Source: the human T2T-CHM13v2.0 reference genome, Homo sapiens. From it: a stretch of 64,000 nt of DNA. The position numbers and the translations under genes are program-made. The stretch lies in the NCBI RefSeq assembly GCF_009914755.1, contig NC_060939.1. One strand, written 5' to 3'. Shown here piece by piece: positions 24,461 to 37,710 of this stretch; the first letter of the stretch is position 1, and every line of letters starts with the position of its first letter. The notes under the pieces were generated by a model. The model saw only the letters and a program-made list of their open reading frames with translations, was not told the origin of the DNA and did not search any database.

Positions 24461-25080
24461 GATTTTCATCAGATTTTGTTCAACTCTATGTCCCCAAGGC
24501 CTAGTACACTACCTGGGACCCAGCGGATTGCCAATGTGTATTGACTGAAAAGGTCCGTGGATGGACGCAGCCTGACCCTCCCAGGCAATTGTGTCAGGCT
24601 GGCCTGTGAGTCACTGTAAAATGTTTGTATCTTGGCTCACCCTTTGCTTGAAAATGGCCTCTCCTAGGCATGTCCCCAGGCAAAATGCTGCAGTGCAACA
24701 AATAAACTAACAAAATACTCCGTGGCTGCTGGAGCAAGCCACAGCCAATGTGTTGAAGGCAGGACAGCAGATGTCTTTAGAGGTAAAGTGATGGACAAAC
24801 CATTTTGAAAGGAAAAATAAGTGGAAGTGACCAGTCAATTGGCCCAGGAAGACTCAGCCAGCCAACCAACAAGTCAACCAGGCATGTGCTATATATAACT
24901 AAGAATCCAGACTTTTCCGAGATTTACACTGAAAATGCAAGCTTTGAAAGTTGGAACAAACCTCATTCAAATCCATTGTGTCTAAAACAAATGTTGGAAT
25001 TTGTTAGGAGATTATTTAGAAAAGTAAGATTAAGTCCTTGTTTAAAAACTTATAATTACTTCCATTGTTTAAAAAAATAC

Positions 25081-25731
<651 letters not shown>

Positions 25732-26724
25732 TAAAGCTGCTTTAAAAAAAAACAAAAAACAAAAAAAACCTCTTGAAAACAACAAAGAAATTGATAGTTC
25801 ATAAAATCTCTATGCAAAAGATCATAGAAATCATTGAATCCAGTTTTATAGAAGGCAGGGAAATGCTGATAGAAGCTAATAGGAGAGAGGAGTTGCATGA
25901 AGCTTGAATCCAGGCCCCTTGGCTCCCAGGTAGACCTATCCTCTTCCTCACAGAGCTTGTTTGGGGTATCTAACTGAAGGGGCGATTTCCCTTCACATGT
26001 CCACACTCTCTATGTGGATGTTGGACACTGATGCTAGCTGCTGTCTCCCTAGGTCAGTAAGAGGATCCCTGGGAGCCCTCCTGGGTAAGTTCCTGTAATG
26101 GGCCAAGTGGAGAAAGAAGCTAGGCTGGTGAGACCCTGCCCATCCCTCTGGACCCCAAGGGTGACAGGTGCCGGGTCAGAAGTTGCTCTCTGGGTTTCAG
26201 GGCTCACAGACACATAGTGTCCCTTTCTAGGCCAAAGCTGCCCAAATCTATCTGCCTCTTAAGTCAATCCCCACTGGGCCTCCTGGGGAGGCTTAAGACA
26301 GCCTGCTAGCCCACATGGGAGGAGGTGAGGTCCCTCCCTTCCTCCAATGGAAGATTCTGATATGGCCTTGACATCCAAGGTGGATGTAGCTTGTCATCCA
26401 CTCATCTACCCATTCAACACTCACCACTCATCTCCACCCATCTATCTATCCCTGCATCCATGCATCCAAAGGTACACCCACCCACCCCCAACTCACTCAT
26501 CCATCCTTGTACTTATTGATTCCCAAATTTACCCACCCATCCACTTCTCTACCCACTCAGCCATCCAGCTCACTCTGAGCCAGTCTGCTGGCTGAACCCA
26601 GCCCTTGCCCTCCAGGAGCCAAGAGCACATGTGCTTGACACACCTTTCCAAAGCACATTTTCACTGGTGGTTCGCATAGATGCACCAAACTTATTACTCA
26701 CCCAGTCCTCATCTTTTCAGGAAA

Positions 26725-27730
26725 TATCTGATTTCTCATTCCTTCACTTCCCACATCTGCTGCACTAATAACTCACGTAGGCTCTCCCTTCAAGGTACAT
26801 GCAGAATCCATCCTAATCTCTCTGTCTCCTCCACTCACCAAGATCCAAGCCACCATTTACTGCTCACCTGGACTATTATTACACCAGCCTCCTCACTGAC
26901 CTTTCTGCTTCCATCGCTGTTCCTCTAGGGGCCCTCTTCCTCACAGCTGCCACAGCCAATCAGATCCCTTCACTCTCCAGTGATTTTTTTTTTTTTTTTC
27001 TACCCTGGAATACAATCTGAACTCCCCGTCTTCAGCTTCAAGGCCTTCCAGGCTCTGCACCTGCCTGCTTCTCTGTCGTGTTCTATCAGTCTCCCCTCTG
27101 CTCACTCAGCTAGAGCCATGATAGCATTCTCTCTGTGCCTGACTTGCTTACCTCCTTCCCACCTAGTGTTACTGGTTGAGGGTAGTTGTCCAGGTTCTTG
27201 GCATTTTGAACAAAGAATTGCACAAAACGCACAAACAAAGCAAAACAGAAAAAGCAGAGATTTACTGTAAATGAAAGTACGCTCCACAAGGTGGGAGTGG
27301 GCTCGAGCAAGCAGCTCAAGAACGTCGGTTAGTGAATTTTGCGGGGTTTAAATACCCACTAGAAGTTTCCCATTGGTTCAGTCGATGCAAATGAAGTAGT
27401 GGCCCATGGCCAGTCTGATTGGTCGTGGGAGAGGACCAATCAGAGGTACTTTCATTTTCCAACCGCCACACAGCAACTGCCACACAGAAAAAGGAGGGGT
27501 TGAAAAGGGAGTTGGCGCTGACATCTAGTCAGCATGAATTGGCCTTAGGTTCCCTGCCTCCAGACCCTATTCTCCTGCCTCACTAGAAGTCTCTGCCCTT
27601 GGTGGTGCCTCGGTCTGCAATGCCATCCCTAAGATCTTCTTATGGCTGGCTCTTTCCTGCCACTGGGAAAGGCCTTCTCTGCTTGCAGTCTAAGAAGCCT
27701 TATCCATTTCATTTTCCCCATAGCACTTAC
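26725..27730 (+). mobile_element. L2 fragment interrupted by the MER51 LTR
   Basis: gcagaatccatcc...ccaagccaccat...tcacctggactatt...cagcctcctcactg before, and ccatagcactta after the LTR. Confidence 0.7.
27167..27582 (-). mobile_element. solo ERV1 LTR, MER51 family
   Basis: reverse complement starts TGAGGCAGGAGAATAGGGTCTGGAGGCAGGGAACCTAAGGCCAATTCA and ends ...GTAACA; perfect 4-bp TSD CTAG at 27163-27166 and 27583-27586. Confidence 0.92.
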
Positions 27731-27783
27731 GGCTACTTTTTGAAACCAGTGTCTGAGTAAACCACACTGACTATCCACTTGTT

Positions 27784-28160
27784 ATATTAGTCAGGACTTT
27801 CTTCTTTACAAATAAAAGTGGGGAGGGGGTTATTGGCTCATAAAACTGAGAGGTTCAAGAAGCAAGCTGGTTCACCCCCCTTGAACATGGGTTCCTGCAA
27901 GACACCAGGAAGCAGCCTCCTTTCCTCCATCTCCTGCTTCTCAGTGCTGATTTTGTTCTCAGTCCGGCACTCTACATACTTATTGGCCATGCCAGCCTCT
28001 GATCATACAGAAGGCATGACTGTCTCCAGAATCCCAGCAGAACCCTGAGAGGACGCTGATTGGCCCAGTTGCCCAGCTCTGAACCAATCAGAGCTCATAT
28101 TGACTGAACTCCAGTGGGGTAGAGAATTCTGATTGGCTAAGCTCAGTCACATGAGTGCTC
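27784..28160 (-). mobile_element. old MLT1 (J/K/L-like) LTR
   Basis: tattagtcaggacttt...ttattggctcataaaactgagaggttc...ctgattggccc...tgaaccaatca. Confidence 0.65.
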
Positions 28161-29577
28161 AAATGCCTCACGTGTCCATCAAACCACCGACACTTCTTTT
28201 TGGTTTCCGACAGACAAAAACACACCCCTCCAAACTCCTAGTAATCCTCCTGCTCCCACCCAAACACACTCCTCTAAACTTCTGGAAGGAGTGAAACATG
28301 GTTATCTCATCATACCTTTCCCTTCAAAGGAAAAAGGTTGGCCTTCTAAGCTGGGTCATTCCTAATAACCGGCTCTTAGTTTTTCCTTTTGATCAGTCTG
28401 TACTGAGCAATTTAGAGACACCAGCCCCTTTGCAAAGAACGGCAGGAGGTGCCTCAACAGTTAGATTATGCCCCTAGGTCAGGAAGCTAGCCAGGAAGAT
28501 AAGGTAAACCCACAACAATTTACTATGGAAATAATTAATCCCTTGGTTGTGTCGTCAGATAAAGGGAAACCAAAGAATCTCAGAGGGCTTGGCAGTTGGG
28601 CAAATTTGAAGGAACAGAGAGATCTGTTCCCTGCCAGCAAGACTTTATTCTGCCAGTTGAGGGTGTGTGTGCTGGGGAGTCCAAATTGTGTACACACGTG
28701 TGCAAGCATCCTTCTTCCATGGCTACACTCAAAGATGTCTGAAGCCAGAACTGTGTTTTCTCCTTCCTGGGCATCCAATAAAACCTCCTGAGGTCACATG
28801 GCTCTTCTTGATCATTTGGGGCCAACCTCTCTTTTTGTGGGTCTTTCCACAGCTTGTTAACTTTGTCTCGACTCCTTCATTTATCTTGCAGTCTCTGCCT
28901 ATTTATCCCCAACTCGGTGTGAGTTTGAGTCTGTTAAACTCTGCATGTCTTTGTCTCTTTTAAGAACATCCCACCCCCTGGTGTGGGGTCACACTGAGGA
29001 CACATAATAGCCCCTAAAAAGAATAGTCAACTCCACATCTTCAGAACTAGCACTGTTTTCTGTTTCCACCACCAATCATGGATAGATCTATTAGGACTTC
29101 AAAGCCAAGTATAATACTATGGCTACAGTACACTGTCATTCAAACACTTAGCCTTTCATTCATTCAACAAAAGGAAAAGGTAAACAGGACTGCAAAGGGC
29201 ATATATAACCAGTTTAAACTATTCTTAAGCATTTGATGCCATGCAAATGCACAAAACAGGTGTGCTTGCCATAGCTCATTCTTTCCTATTGGCTGAGCTG
29301 GTCATCCATTCTGTTTAAGCTGGTTCGTAGACACTGAGTTGGTTTTTCTCTCCCTGTGTAGAATCGAGGCCATTCATTACTTCCCTAGCAGACCTCTGCT
29401 GAGTGCCAGACCCTGGTTCAGCAGGGAATGAGTGAGTGAGCTGGGTGAGTGGAAATAAGGGAACAAATCCTTCTGAAACAATGAGATATGCTCCAACACA
29501 AAAACGGACTTTTGGGAAGGTTTCTGAAGGCATAGGGTGTGAGCGAGCCTTTGCAGACTAGTAGGCTGAACTGGTGG

Positions 29578-29686
29578 CTGTCAAGATATAATACTAAAAG
29601 TTCACTGACAGGAATCCTTGCATAGAAATAGAGTCCCTCTCCTGGGGCCTAGACAGGGCCCAAGTCCAGTCCATCAATCAGCCAAT
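29578..29686. promoter_or_regulatory. MEIS + PBX-HOX composite motif cluster
   Basis: CTGTCA 29578, TGACAG 29606, CCATCAATCA (TGATTGATGG on minus) 29671-29680, CCAAT 29682. Confidence 0.35.
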
Positions 29687-29969
29687 GGTTAACATGGCTT
29701 ACTTTGCAGAAAGCCTGGGGAAAATAAAAAATATCTACAATTTATTTTCCAGTATTTAGTGGGTGTCATCTTCCTGCCCAGGAGAAGTTGACATTCCAGG
29801 GAGACTAGTAGTAAATATTTCCAGAGTGCAGGGCAGGAGACAGCTCTCAGTTCTGGGGGCAGGAAAAGAATATTTCAGGAGAAAGGGAAAGTTTGAAGGA
29901 TGGGAAGCCCCACTTTTCATCAGCCTTTTCTACAAGGGCCTTGAAAGAGCAGAGAAAGGTGATCTTTTC

Positions 29970-30110
29970 TTTTAACAATCATATAGTAATTCCCCCCTCC
30001 TGCCCTTTTTTGCAGAGGAGAAAGTTGCAGAGAGCTTAAGCAACTTGCCTAAGATCACACAGCTAGTAAATGATGAAGTAGGACTCAATCCAAGTCTTTC
30101 TGGATTTCAT
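29970..30110 (-). mobile_element. MIR SINE fragment
   Basis: tttgcagaggagaaagttgcagagagcttaagcaacttgcctaagatcacacagctagtaaatg...ggactcaatccaagtc. Confidence 0.75.
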
Positions 30111-32519
30111 TATTTCATGAGGATTTTACTTCTTTTCTAAAAGATGAAACGTACATATTAATTATCAGCCATTTACTAATGGCTCAGTTTCAATTCTTTA
30201 CCAGATTCTCTGGTAAGGGACTGTGTATCAAAGACATGAGACACATAAAGAATAAGCTTTGGAGAGATTCAGAGATCAGGAAAAGTCCAGAACATGGGCA
30301 CTCTCCAGAAGGTGTATTTTAATAGGGGAACTGAGCAACAAGAGGTACCTGAGTGTGTAGGAGCTCAACGTATGTTAACTTGACCAGCAAACTCTTACAA
30401 AGAAAAACAGGAGACATGAAGCCAAACTGCTCATCTCCTCTGGGTTAGTTGTACCTGTCTTGTCCTGGAGGGTGAGTGAGGTGCATGGCCCCCTCATTCT
30501 CACCGCTACTGTGTCCAGTGGGTCCACCTCAGACAAAGCCACCTGCTGGGTCGTGTCTCTTGAAACACATGCCAGGGTCTGGGGACAGCTCTCCCCTCAG
30601 ACAACATGAGGGAGCCCCTTAACCTTGCCTTTCCCTTGAATTTGGGTAAAAGGATCATTGTGGCATTTATTTCTCCTCTAATCTAGTGTGTTCCTGAGCA
30701 CCTGTAAGTGACAAATCACCCTAATGCTCAGTGCTGGGAGTCTGGCACTTCCAGAGCTCCATCCTGGCCTCCATCCGTGCTCCTTCCTTTTCCGTCAAGT
30801 GAATTTCAACCTTTGACGTTTTGGAAGTCAGTGCAGTCTCCATGGGTTTCAACTTTGTTTTCTGTATCCTGAAAATAGCAACCCCTCACAGGCTGGAGAG
30901 AATCAAATAGAACATGTGAAGCCCCTAGCTGGGATGTGCACAAAGCTGGCCTTGTTCAACACAGCTTACCTGGAGCAAAAGCATTTGTTATGGTTCCAAC
31001 AGGGTGTATGAAACTTGTCCTTATTGGATCTTTGCTTCCTCTTCTGTAAATTGGGAATTGCTTCTCGACCTACTTTGCAGAGGTGCTGTCAGGATCAATA
31101 AGGTGAGCCATGTTAAACCAACCTTTGAGAAATATCACCCAATATCCAAATGCAAGATGCTATTATGTTTCGTGTCAGTGGAAAAATCTAAAAATTGCAT
31201 TTTCCAATTCATTTGCAACAAGCCGTTTGTTCATGGACCTCTACTCCCAGTTCACATTAGGGAACATTCACAACTCCAGGAATATTTACACTATCACCCG
31301 GCAGAAATAATAAAACTAGGGGGGTGATAAAATTTAAATCCACGTTGGTTTATGAAATACTATGGCTCTAAGTAAACCACCATGGAGAGTCGCATGGTTA
31401 AAACAAGACAAGGAGAAAATAAAGCCTCCCCTCTTCAATATTTAGAATCAATAAATATGTTCTGGAAATAACACATTAGCCATGCAAGGGCTGCTTATCT
31501 GCCAGGAGAAGACTCTTGATAGCTGGAGAACACAGTGGGAAATAGGATAGTCCTTAAGCCTTGTGTTTGCTTGGATGTCATCTCAGTGTGAATAACAAAC
31601 CCTCTCGCCCTCGGCTCCCACCAGCTCCCAGTAACTGCATATTCTCATTACATAAACGGAAGAAAAACAACTTGAGGGAACAGCCCCCTTAAAGTGGGGC
31701 ACGCATCTTGCCTTTGTCACCAGCAAGCTAAGGGGCCCCTTGGGGCTTCAGTTTCTCTGGGCCTCTTCCCCACGCCCAGCACAGCACCTCCCAGAACCCC
31801 AGCACTCCAAGCAATGCAATTTTAAAACTACTCCTCACGTGTTCTTTGGAGACCCTTGAAAAGGTGACTTTCTGTGATTTTATGACAACTTTTGACAGAC
31901 ATTCTTTGATCCTTCTAGCCTTCCCTGGTCCTTTGTGATAGGCGGCCTTATTTCTTAAGGCTGCATTTCCCAGACAAGCCATGTGAGGCTGGAGAGCACC
32001 TCATATGACCTAGGATCACACATGTGGATGTGCCTGGCACAGGGCCTGGAAGTACCCCCTCTGTTCCTGGTCCCCAGCCTTGCCAGGGGTACCGACCTCC
32101 AGCCCAGTCGGCTGGGCTCCCGCAGTACCCTAGCTCTTTTCCATGGAGAGCTTAATAGCTGTGTACTTGGCCTATGTCCTGTGTGTGTGTGCATGTGTGT
32201 GTGTATTAGAGGGTCTGTCCCCATCATACTTTGCTGGGACTGAGCCTGAGTCCCTGAGGGGCTATCTGTCCACCCTGGCCTCTCCCACCAGGGCCTGAGG
32301 GAGCGTGTGTACTGTGTTTTCAAATAAGCTGGATGATTTTTTTTTAATAAAACTGGTTTTTTATTGCTGTTCCCAACCCACCTAGCACCAGCTGTGATGA
32401 GAATCACTTGTATGGTAAAGTGCTATTGATAAAATTGCTCCCACCGGAACTTAGCTATGCACTCACGAAGCGCGATTGGCTCCTTCACCGCTGGCTCCTG
32501 CGGCCTGCTCAGCCCCGTC

Positions 32520-32780
32520 CCTGCTCCTGCCCTGCAGCCCTCCTCTTACCTTCTGGCCTTTTGCCTCCTCCCTCTTCTCCTCTTTCCCCTGCTCCTTCTT
32601 GCTCATTGTCTCTCCCCCTCCTCCCTTTTCTTTCTACCTGCTCTGGTTTTCTCTACCTTTCTGTCTAATGTTGGCTGATGTCTTTCCTTTCTTCTCTTTC
32701 TCTTTCTCCATCCTGGGCTTGTCCACCCCTCTCCCATTTCTCTCCCTCCTCCTTCTGTCTCTCTCTGCTTCCTGTGTCTC
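32520..32780 (+). repeat. pyrimidine-rich (CT) low-complexity tract
   Basis: about 260 bp strongly C/T-biased on the plus strand. Confidence 0.85.
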
Positions 32781-33120
32781 CCAACCGTCTGCACGTTTCA
32801 GGCCAGGCCGGCTCAGTGAGGCCCACTGGGAGGTCCCAGCTCTCTCTTTAGAGACGGGCAAACCCAGCTGAGTTCTAACATGCAGTTCCTTTGAGGACAC
32901 CAGCATCCTCAGAAGGGGCAAACAATGCAAAGCAGATAGGAAAAAGGATAATGGTACAGGGAAGAGTGTGTAATCTAAAGGAACAGCATGACATGGAGAT
33001 GACAAACGAGGTTTAAACTCGCCTAAGTATTGAGGAAGTAGGTAAGGACCCAGTTGCGGATTATGGAAGGCTTAAAAACCTGGCTAAGAAGTTTGACTTT
33101 GACCTCTAGTCCTTTCCAAT

Positions 33121-33610
33121 CATTAGGGTATTCATAGCTGTGGCAACATAAACTGGACTTGCTGAAAAGGTCTAAACCATGCATTGACACACACAAACTA
33201 TGTGAGCTTCAGGACCGGGTCTGCTGGGGCTCCAGCCAGCTCAATTATTTCTGTTGATTTTCTCAGCTCCACTTTCCTGTCTGCACGTCTGCTTGGTTCT
33301 CATGGACACAAGAGGTCTACAAACAGCAGTCAGGGCCGAGGGCTTCCTTGTTCATTTATAGCAGGAGACAGGAGAAGACTGCAGCTTCCTGTAGCTCACT
33401 CTTGCAAAACCTCCTGCCTCATGTCCTCTTAGCCAGAATTGGGCCACATGTGTCTTCCTGAACCAACCATTGGTAACAAGGATAAAATGACTACCCCTAT
33501 ACCAATCAGGCATTCCCTCTCAGCTGAGGATAAGCCCCCAAATTCAGGCTGCTGCCCAAGGAGGATGGAGTAGATACAGTGTTAGAGGGTCCACCTCAAT
33601 ACCCTCTACA
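33121..33610 (-). mobile_element. old MLT1 (I/J-like) LTR
   Basis: ctcagctccactttcctg...ctcatggacacaag...gccagaattgggccacatg...ctgaaccaaccattgg. Confidence 0.6.
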
Positions 33611-33688
33611 GCTAAAGGTTCCCCAGAGGAACAGGGTGATTGGAGGGAAGGTATATGAAACCCAGGGCCAGCAGGAAGTATCTTCCTA

Positions 33689-34041
<353 letters not shown>

Positions 34042-34309
34042 TTAAAACATGAGACTTCAAAGAAATTTTCTGCTTAACTAAGCTATATAAGGGTTGGCTT
34101 ACACCTGTTTATTATTGCATTTCTAACACATAAGAAATGCACAATAAATACTTGTGGAATGAATGAATGAATAAATGATTGAGACAGATAATTTTAGGCT
34201 ACTTCCAGACCCAAGGGTTCCATCACCTCTCCTCTATTAGAGGTGCCTTGGTGGAAAAGTTTGAGAAACACTGCAATAAACAAGGGAATGTGTCCAGGAA
34301 GTTATTTTT

Positions 34310-34423
34310 CTTTTCTTTTTTAATAACGGCCTAATGAGACATAATTTATAACCATAAAATTCACACTTTTAAGTGTAAAATTCAGTGGTTCTTAGTATAT
34401 TCGGGGTTGTGCAACCATTGCCA
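34310..34423 (-). mobile_element. L1M 3' end fragment
   Basis: tgagacataattta...ccataaaattcacacttttaagtgtaaaattcagtggtt...gttgtgcaaccat. Confidence 0.8.
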
Positions 34424-36769
34424 TTACCAGAGAGTTTTAGCACCATGTGTGGGAGAGTTACACCCATAAACAGTGAGGGGGCTCAGGGCTCTGAGTGGCT
34501 GGGAGCAGAAGGGGATCTAGTTGGAGGAAAGTATCTGGTGGAGGCAGGGGGAGCCGCTCAAAAGCTGTTGCAATACTAAAGGGAGGGTAAGGGAGGCCTC
34601 GGTCTCAGGGTGTCAACAAGCCTGGAAAGCAAGGCTCATGTAAGAGAGGTTGCAAAGTTTGCAAATGCAGGTTTGGAGACTGCCTGCGGTGGGCAGACAG
34701 CCTGCAGGGCAGAGGTGCCTTCTCCCCTGCTTTCAAGCCAGCAGATTTGATGTTTCATATCCACACTACACAGCTGAGCCAGGATGCAGCTGAGCACAGT
34801 TGTGGATGTCCATCTCTCCTGCCTGGGGCAAAGACATTGGGAACATGAGTCCCCGGGCACAAGCCACGTGGAGATGCAGAGCAGGCATGGCCTGCCCAAA
34901 TTGCTCTGAGAATAGCACCCCAGGCACCATCCTCCTTGCCACAGGCACCTGAGCTCAGCTACTCTTAAGCAGCATTTCAAGGATGGAGCTGATCCAGTCA
35001 GGAGGAAGCAAAAATGAATTCATGTTCCACTTGGACAGGCCCCCTTGGGAGCTCTGGAACTTCCAGCTCTGTGGAGCAAGGGGGAGCCTGGAGATGCTGA
35101 GTCCAGAACTGTGGCTTTCTGGAAGCCCTCCTCAGAGGGAGCCTTGGCAAGACCAGACTCAATAATGTCTTTAGCACCAAGTGGAAGGAGGTGGGAAAAC
35201 CTGGGCCCAAGAGCAAAGACCCAGACTGCCCGCAGACACCTCCCAGCTTCTTGTGAGCTTCCTGGCAGTAACACAATCTGCCTGCTGACTACAGAATCTT
35301 CAGCACTAAAATGAGGGTGAGGCCAGCTCAGGCTGAACCCCAGGCTCTCTGAGTGTTCCATGGAATAAAGTTTGGGACATGCTGAATACTGTCTTACCCT
35401 TTTGGAGAGATAAGGGGTGTGAGGCTGGCAGTAAAGGACACAGTCAATGTTTTCTCACTTTGGAGTTTCCCTGGTATTTGACGGATTGGGTCAGAGTGGG
35501 AACTCAGAGCATCAGTTCCCAACCCCGTCTAAAAACAACTTCCCACTTCCAGGTGTCATGTATCTGAAAGCCTATCTTCACAGGCTAATAATGTATTTGG
35601 GTCTCCCAGTCTCCCAGTTAAAACATAAATACTTCAGATAGAGGACCACTGAGCCATCTTAGTGGACATTTTCACCAGGACTTCTCCAACAGTTGGCTGG
35701 GCACAAGCTAAGCCCAGGGTGAAGGGTAGGACAGGATGCCGGGGGAAGGAAAATGGGTTAAGAAAGGGAAGGAGACCATAAATACCTAAATGTGTTCTTT
35801 TATAACTCAGAGTGGTTTTAAGGAGGCAGATTTCACATAAAATCATTTGCAGCTGAAGCTAAGCAAGAAGACAACAAGGAGAGGGTTTTAGACTCAGGGT
35901 GGGATTTTTCAGATGAGGAAAAATCCCAGCCAAACCCAGAGAATGGGGTGACGTGCCCCAGATCCCACAAAGAGTAAGTAGCAGGTCAGAGCGGGACCCC
36001 AGTCTCCCAGACCAGGGCCCTCTCAGCAGGGCCAAGCTAATTGGCATCTCAGGCTGCCCTCCCTGCAAGCACAGTGCATGGCTCCTCAGCCCCAACGTCG
36101 GCTCTGTACCCGAGAACGATTTCTCTTGACAGAAAATAGAGGTAAAAGGGCAAGGGAATATTTCCAAATGGTTGATCTGACAGCTGCAAATTTCATTTTG
36201 TGTTGCGTATTGACCTCTAATTGTTTCCCAAGTAGCCTGGGACTGAGAGATCAATAAATCCCACAGATACTTAATATCCCCTCTGGCATCTTCGGCTTTA
36301 GTTAGAAAATAGTCAAATTCCTGGCTGTCTGCAAATATTAGCTGGTTTTTCATTTTCTGCAAAGCCTGATGAACTATAATTCAACCAAGGGCCTGGTAGG
36401 AGCCTGAGAAATTCCTGGCACGCTGGAGGGCCGGAGCTGGGAAGGAATTCCCAATGTTGCTGGCCCAACCGCTTCTTGTCCTGGAGAGATGAGATGACAT
36501 CTTCCAGGCCTACAGTGGCCACTAAGGGAGTGGAAGCTCCAACCTCATCTTCCTGGTGATCTTTCTGCTCCATCAAGTGGCCTCCATTAGGTTATTAATA
36601 TAACAATGGAGTTGTGGTCATTAGCTAACCTTTCCCCAGAGATCTTTTTAAAGGAAGACTTGGATGTAGTTGAGAAAACCATGGGTTTGTCATTATAAAA
36701 GCAATCCCCCTTATTCTCCTTCCTCTGTTCCCTATTAGCCGCTTGGTCTCGATCATGGCATTTTCTCTT

Positions 36770-36900
36770 CTTGCTAAGCCTCAGTTTTCTCAGATACATA
36801 ATGGGAATAATTATTATCCCTGTCTAAAAGCATTGTCGTGAGGATTAAATGAGTTGGTGAGTGACAGTCCTCACCCAGAGCCTCGCAAAATTAGTGGGAA
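36770..36900 (+). mobile_element. MIR SINE fragment
   Basis: agcctcagttttctcag...aatgggaataat...ttgtcgtgaggattaaatgag. Confidence 0.8.
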
Positions 36901-36999
36901 CCTCCATGAACCTGAATGAGGCACAGGAGTATTCAACTGAGACCACCTCTGCCCAGATTTTATACACCTCAGATCTGAGGAAGGAATAGGCTGCCCTGT

Positions 37000-37057
37000 G
37001 GGGCAGGGGGAGTGGTGGGGGTCAGGGGGAGTGGTGGTGGGCGGCGAGCGGTGGGGG
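37000..37057 (+). other. G-quadruplex-forming motif
   Basis: G4-ca-G5-agtggt-G5-tca-G5, plus two further G-tracts. Confidence 0.6.
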
Positions 37058-37313
37058 AATAAACTGGAATTGACAACCAAGGCCCAAAAGGACAGCCCTG
37101 CTCAGAGATGTCAGATGTGTGCAGATTCCCCCACTGGATTGCAGGCGACCTGGTGGCAAGGACAGAGTCCTCTTCACCGTGCCAAGCTCCAGGCAGGTGC
37201 TCAGTAAACACTGGCTGAATGCACACAAGACCGTGTCAGGTGGCATGGCAAGGATGGCATTTGGTCCACAGGATGCTGTTAAGAAGAACATTGTGTAGGC
37301 AATCATCCTATCA

Positions 37314-37315
<2 letters not shown>

Positions 37316-37348
<33 letters not shown>
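37316..37348 (+). repeat. (CA)n microsatellite
   Basis: direct observation. Confidence 0.95.
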
Positions 37349-37351
<3 letters not shown>

Positions 37352-37564
37352 GCTATACATGCACTCACAATTGGCCAAGAAACCAACGTCAGCACTGGCT
37401 TCATGGTCGTCATCCACCAAATCTGAGGAGTAAATTTTCAGACATGCTTATAGCCCTGTAGTGCCAGGGCCGAAACCCACCAAGGGCCCTTTCTTTTTCT
37501 GACCCTACCTTGCATCTTATGCAGTGAGTTTCAGCAGAGAGAACTCCCATCTAGGATCTGTAGA

Positions 37565-37710
37565 ATACAGTTTGGTCTCTGCATGACACAAACTGGCTGT
37601 GTGATTCAGAGAAACTCACTCCTCCTCTCTGGGCTTCAGTTTTACCATCTGTGAAATGGAGAGATGGAGCTACCTGGGCTTGCCTATCTCACAAGATCTC
37701 TGTGAGGCAA
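37565..37710 (+). mobile_element. MIR SINE fragment
   Basis: ctggctgtgtga...cctctctgggcttcagttttaccatctgtgaaatggagaga. Confidence 0.75.

Noticed and set aside
26390-26570. CCAT/CCAC-rich stretch as a structured tandem array
   Set aside because: Degenerate simple repeat, probably an expanded L2 tail, with no regular period
32408-33005. Leu/Ser/Pro-rich and Arg/Glu/Lys-rich ORFs resembling membrane or charged proteins
   Set aside because: Artefact of the CT-rich low-complexity tract, which lacks stop codons
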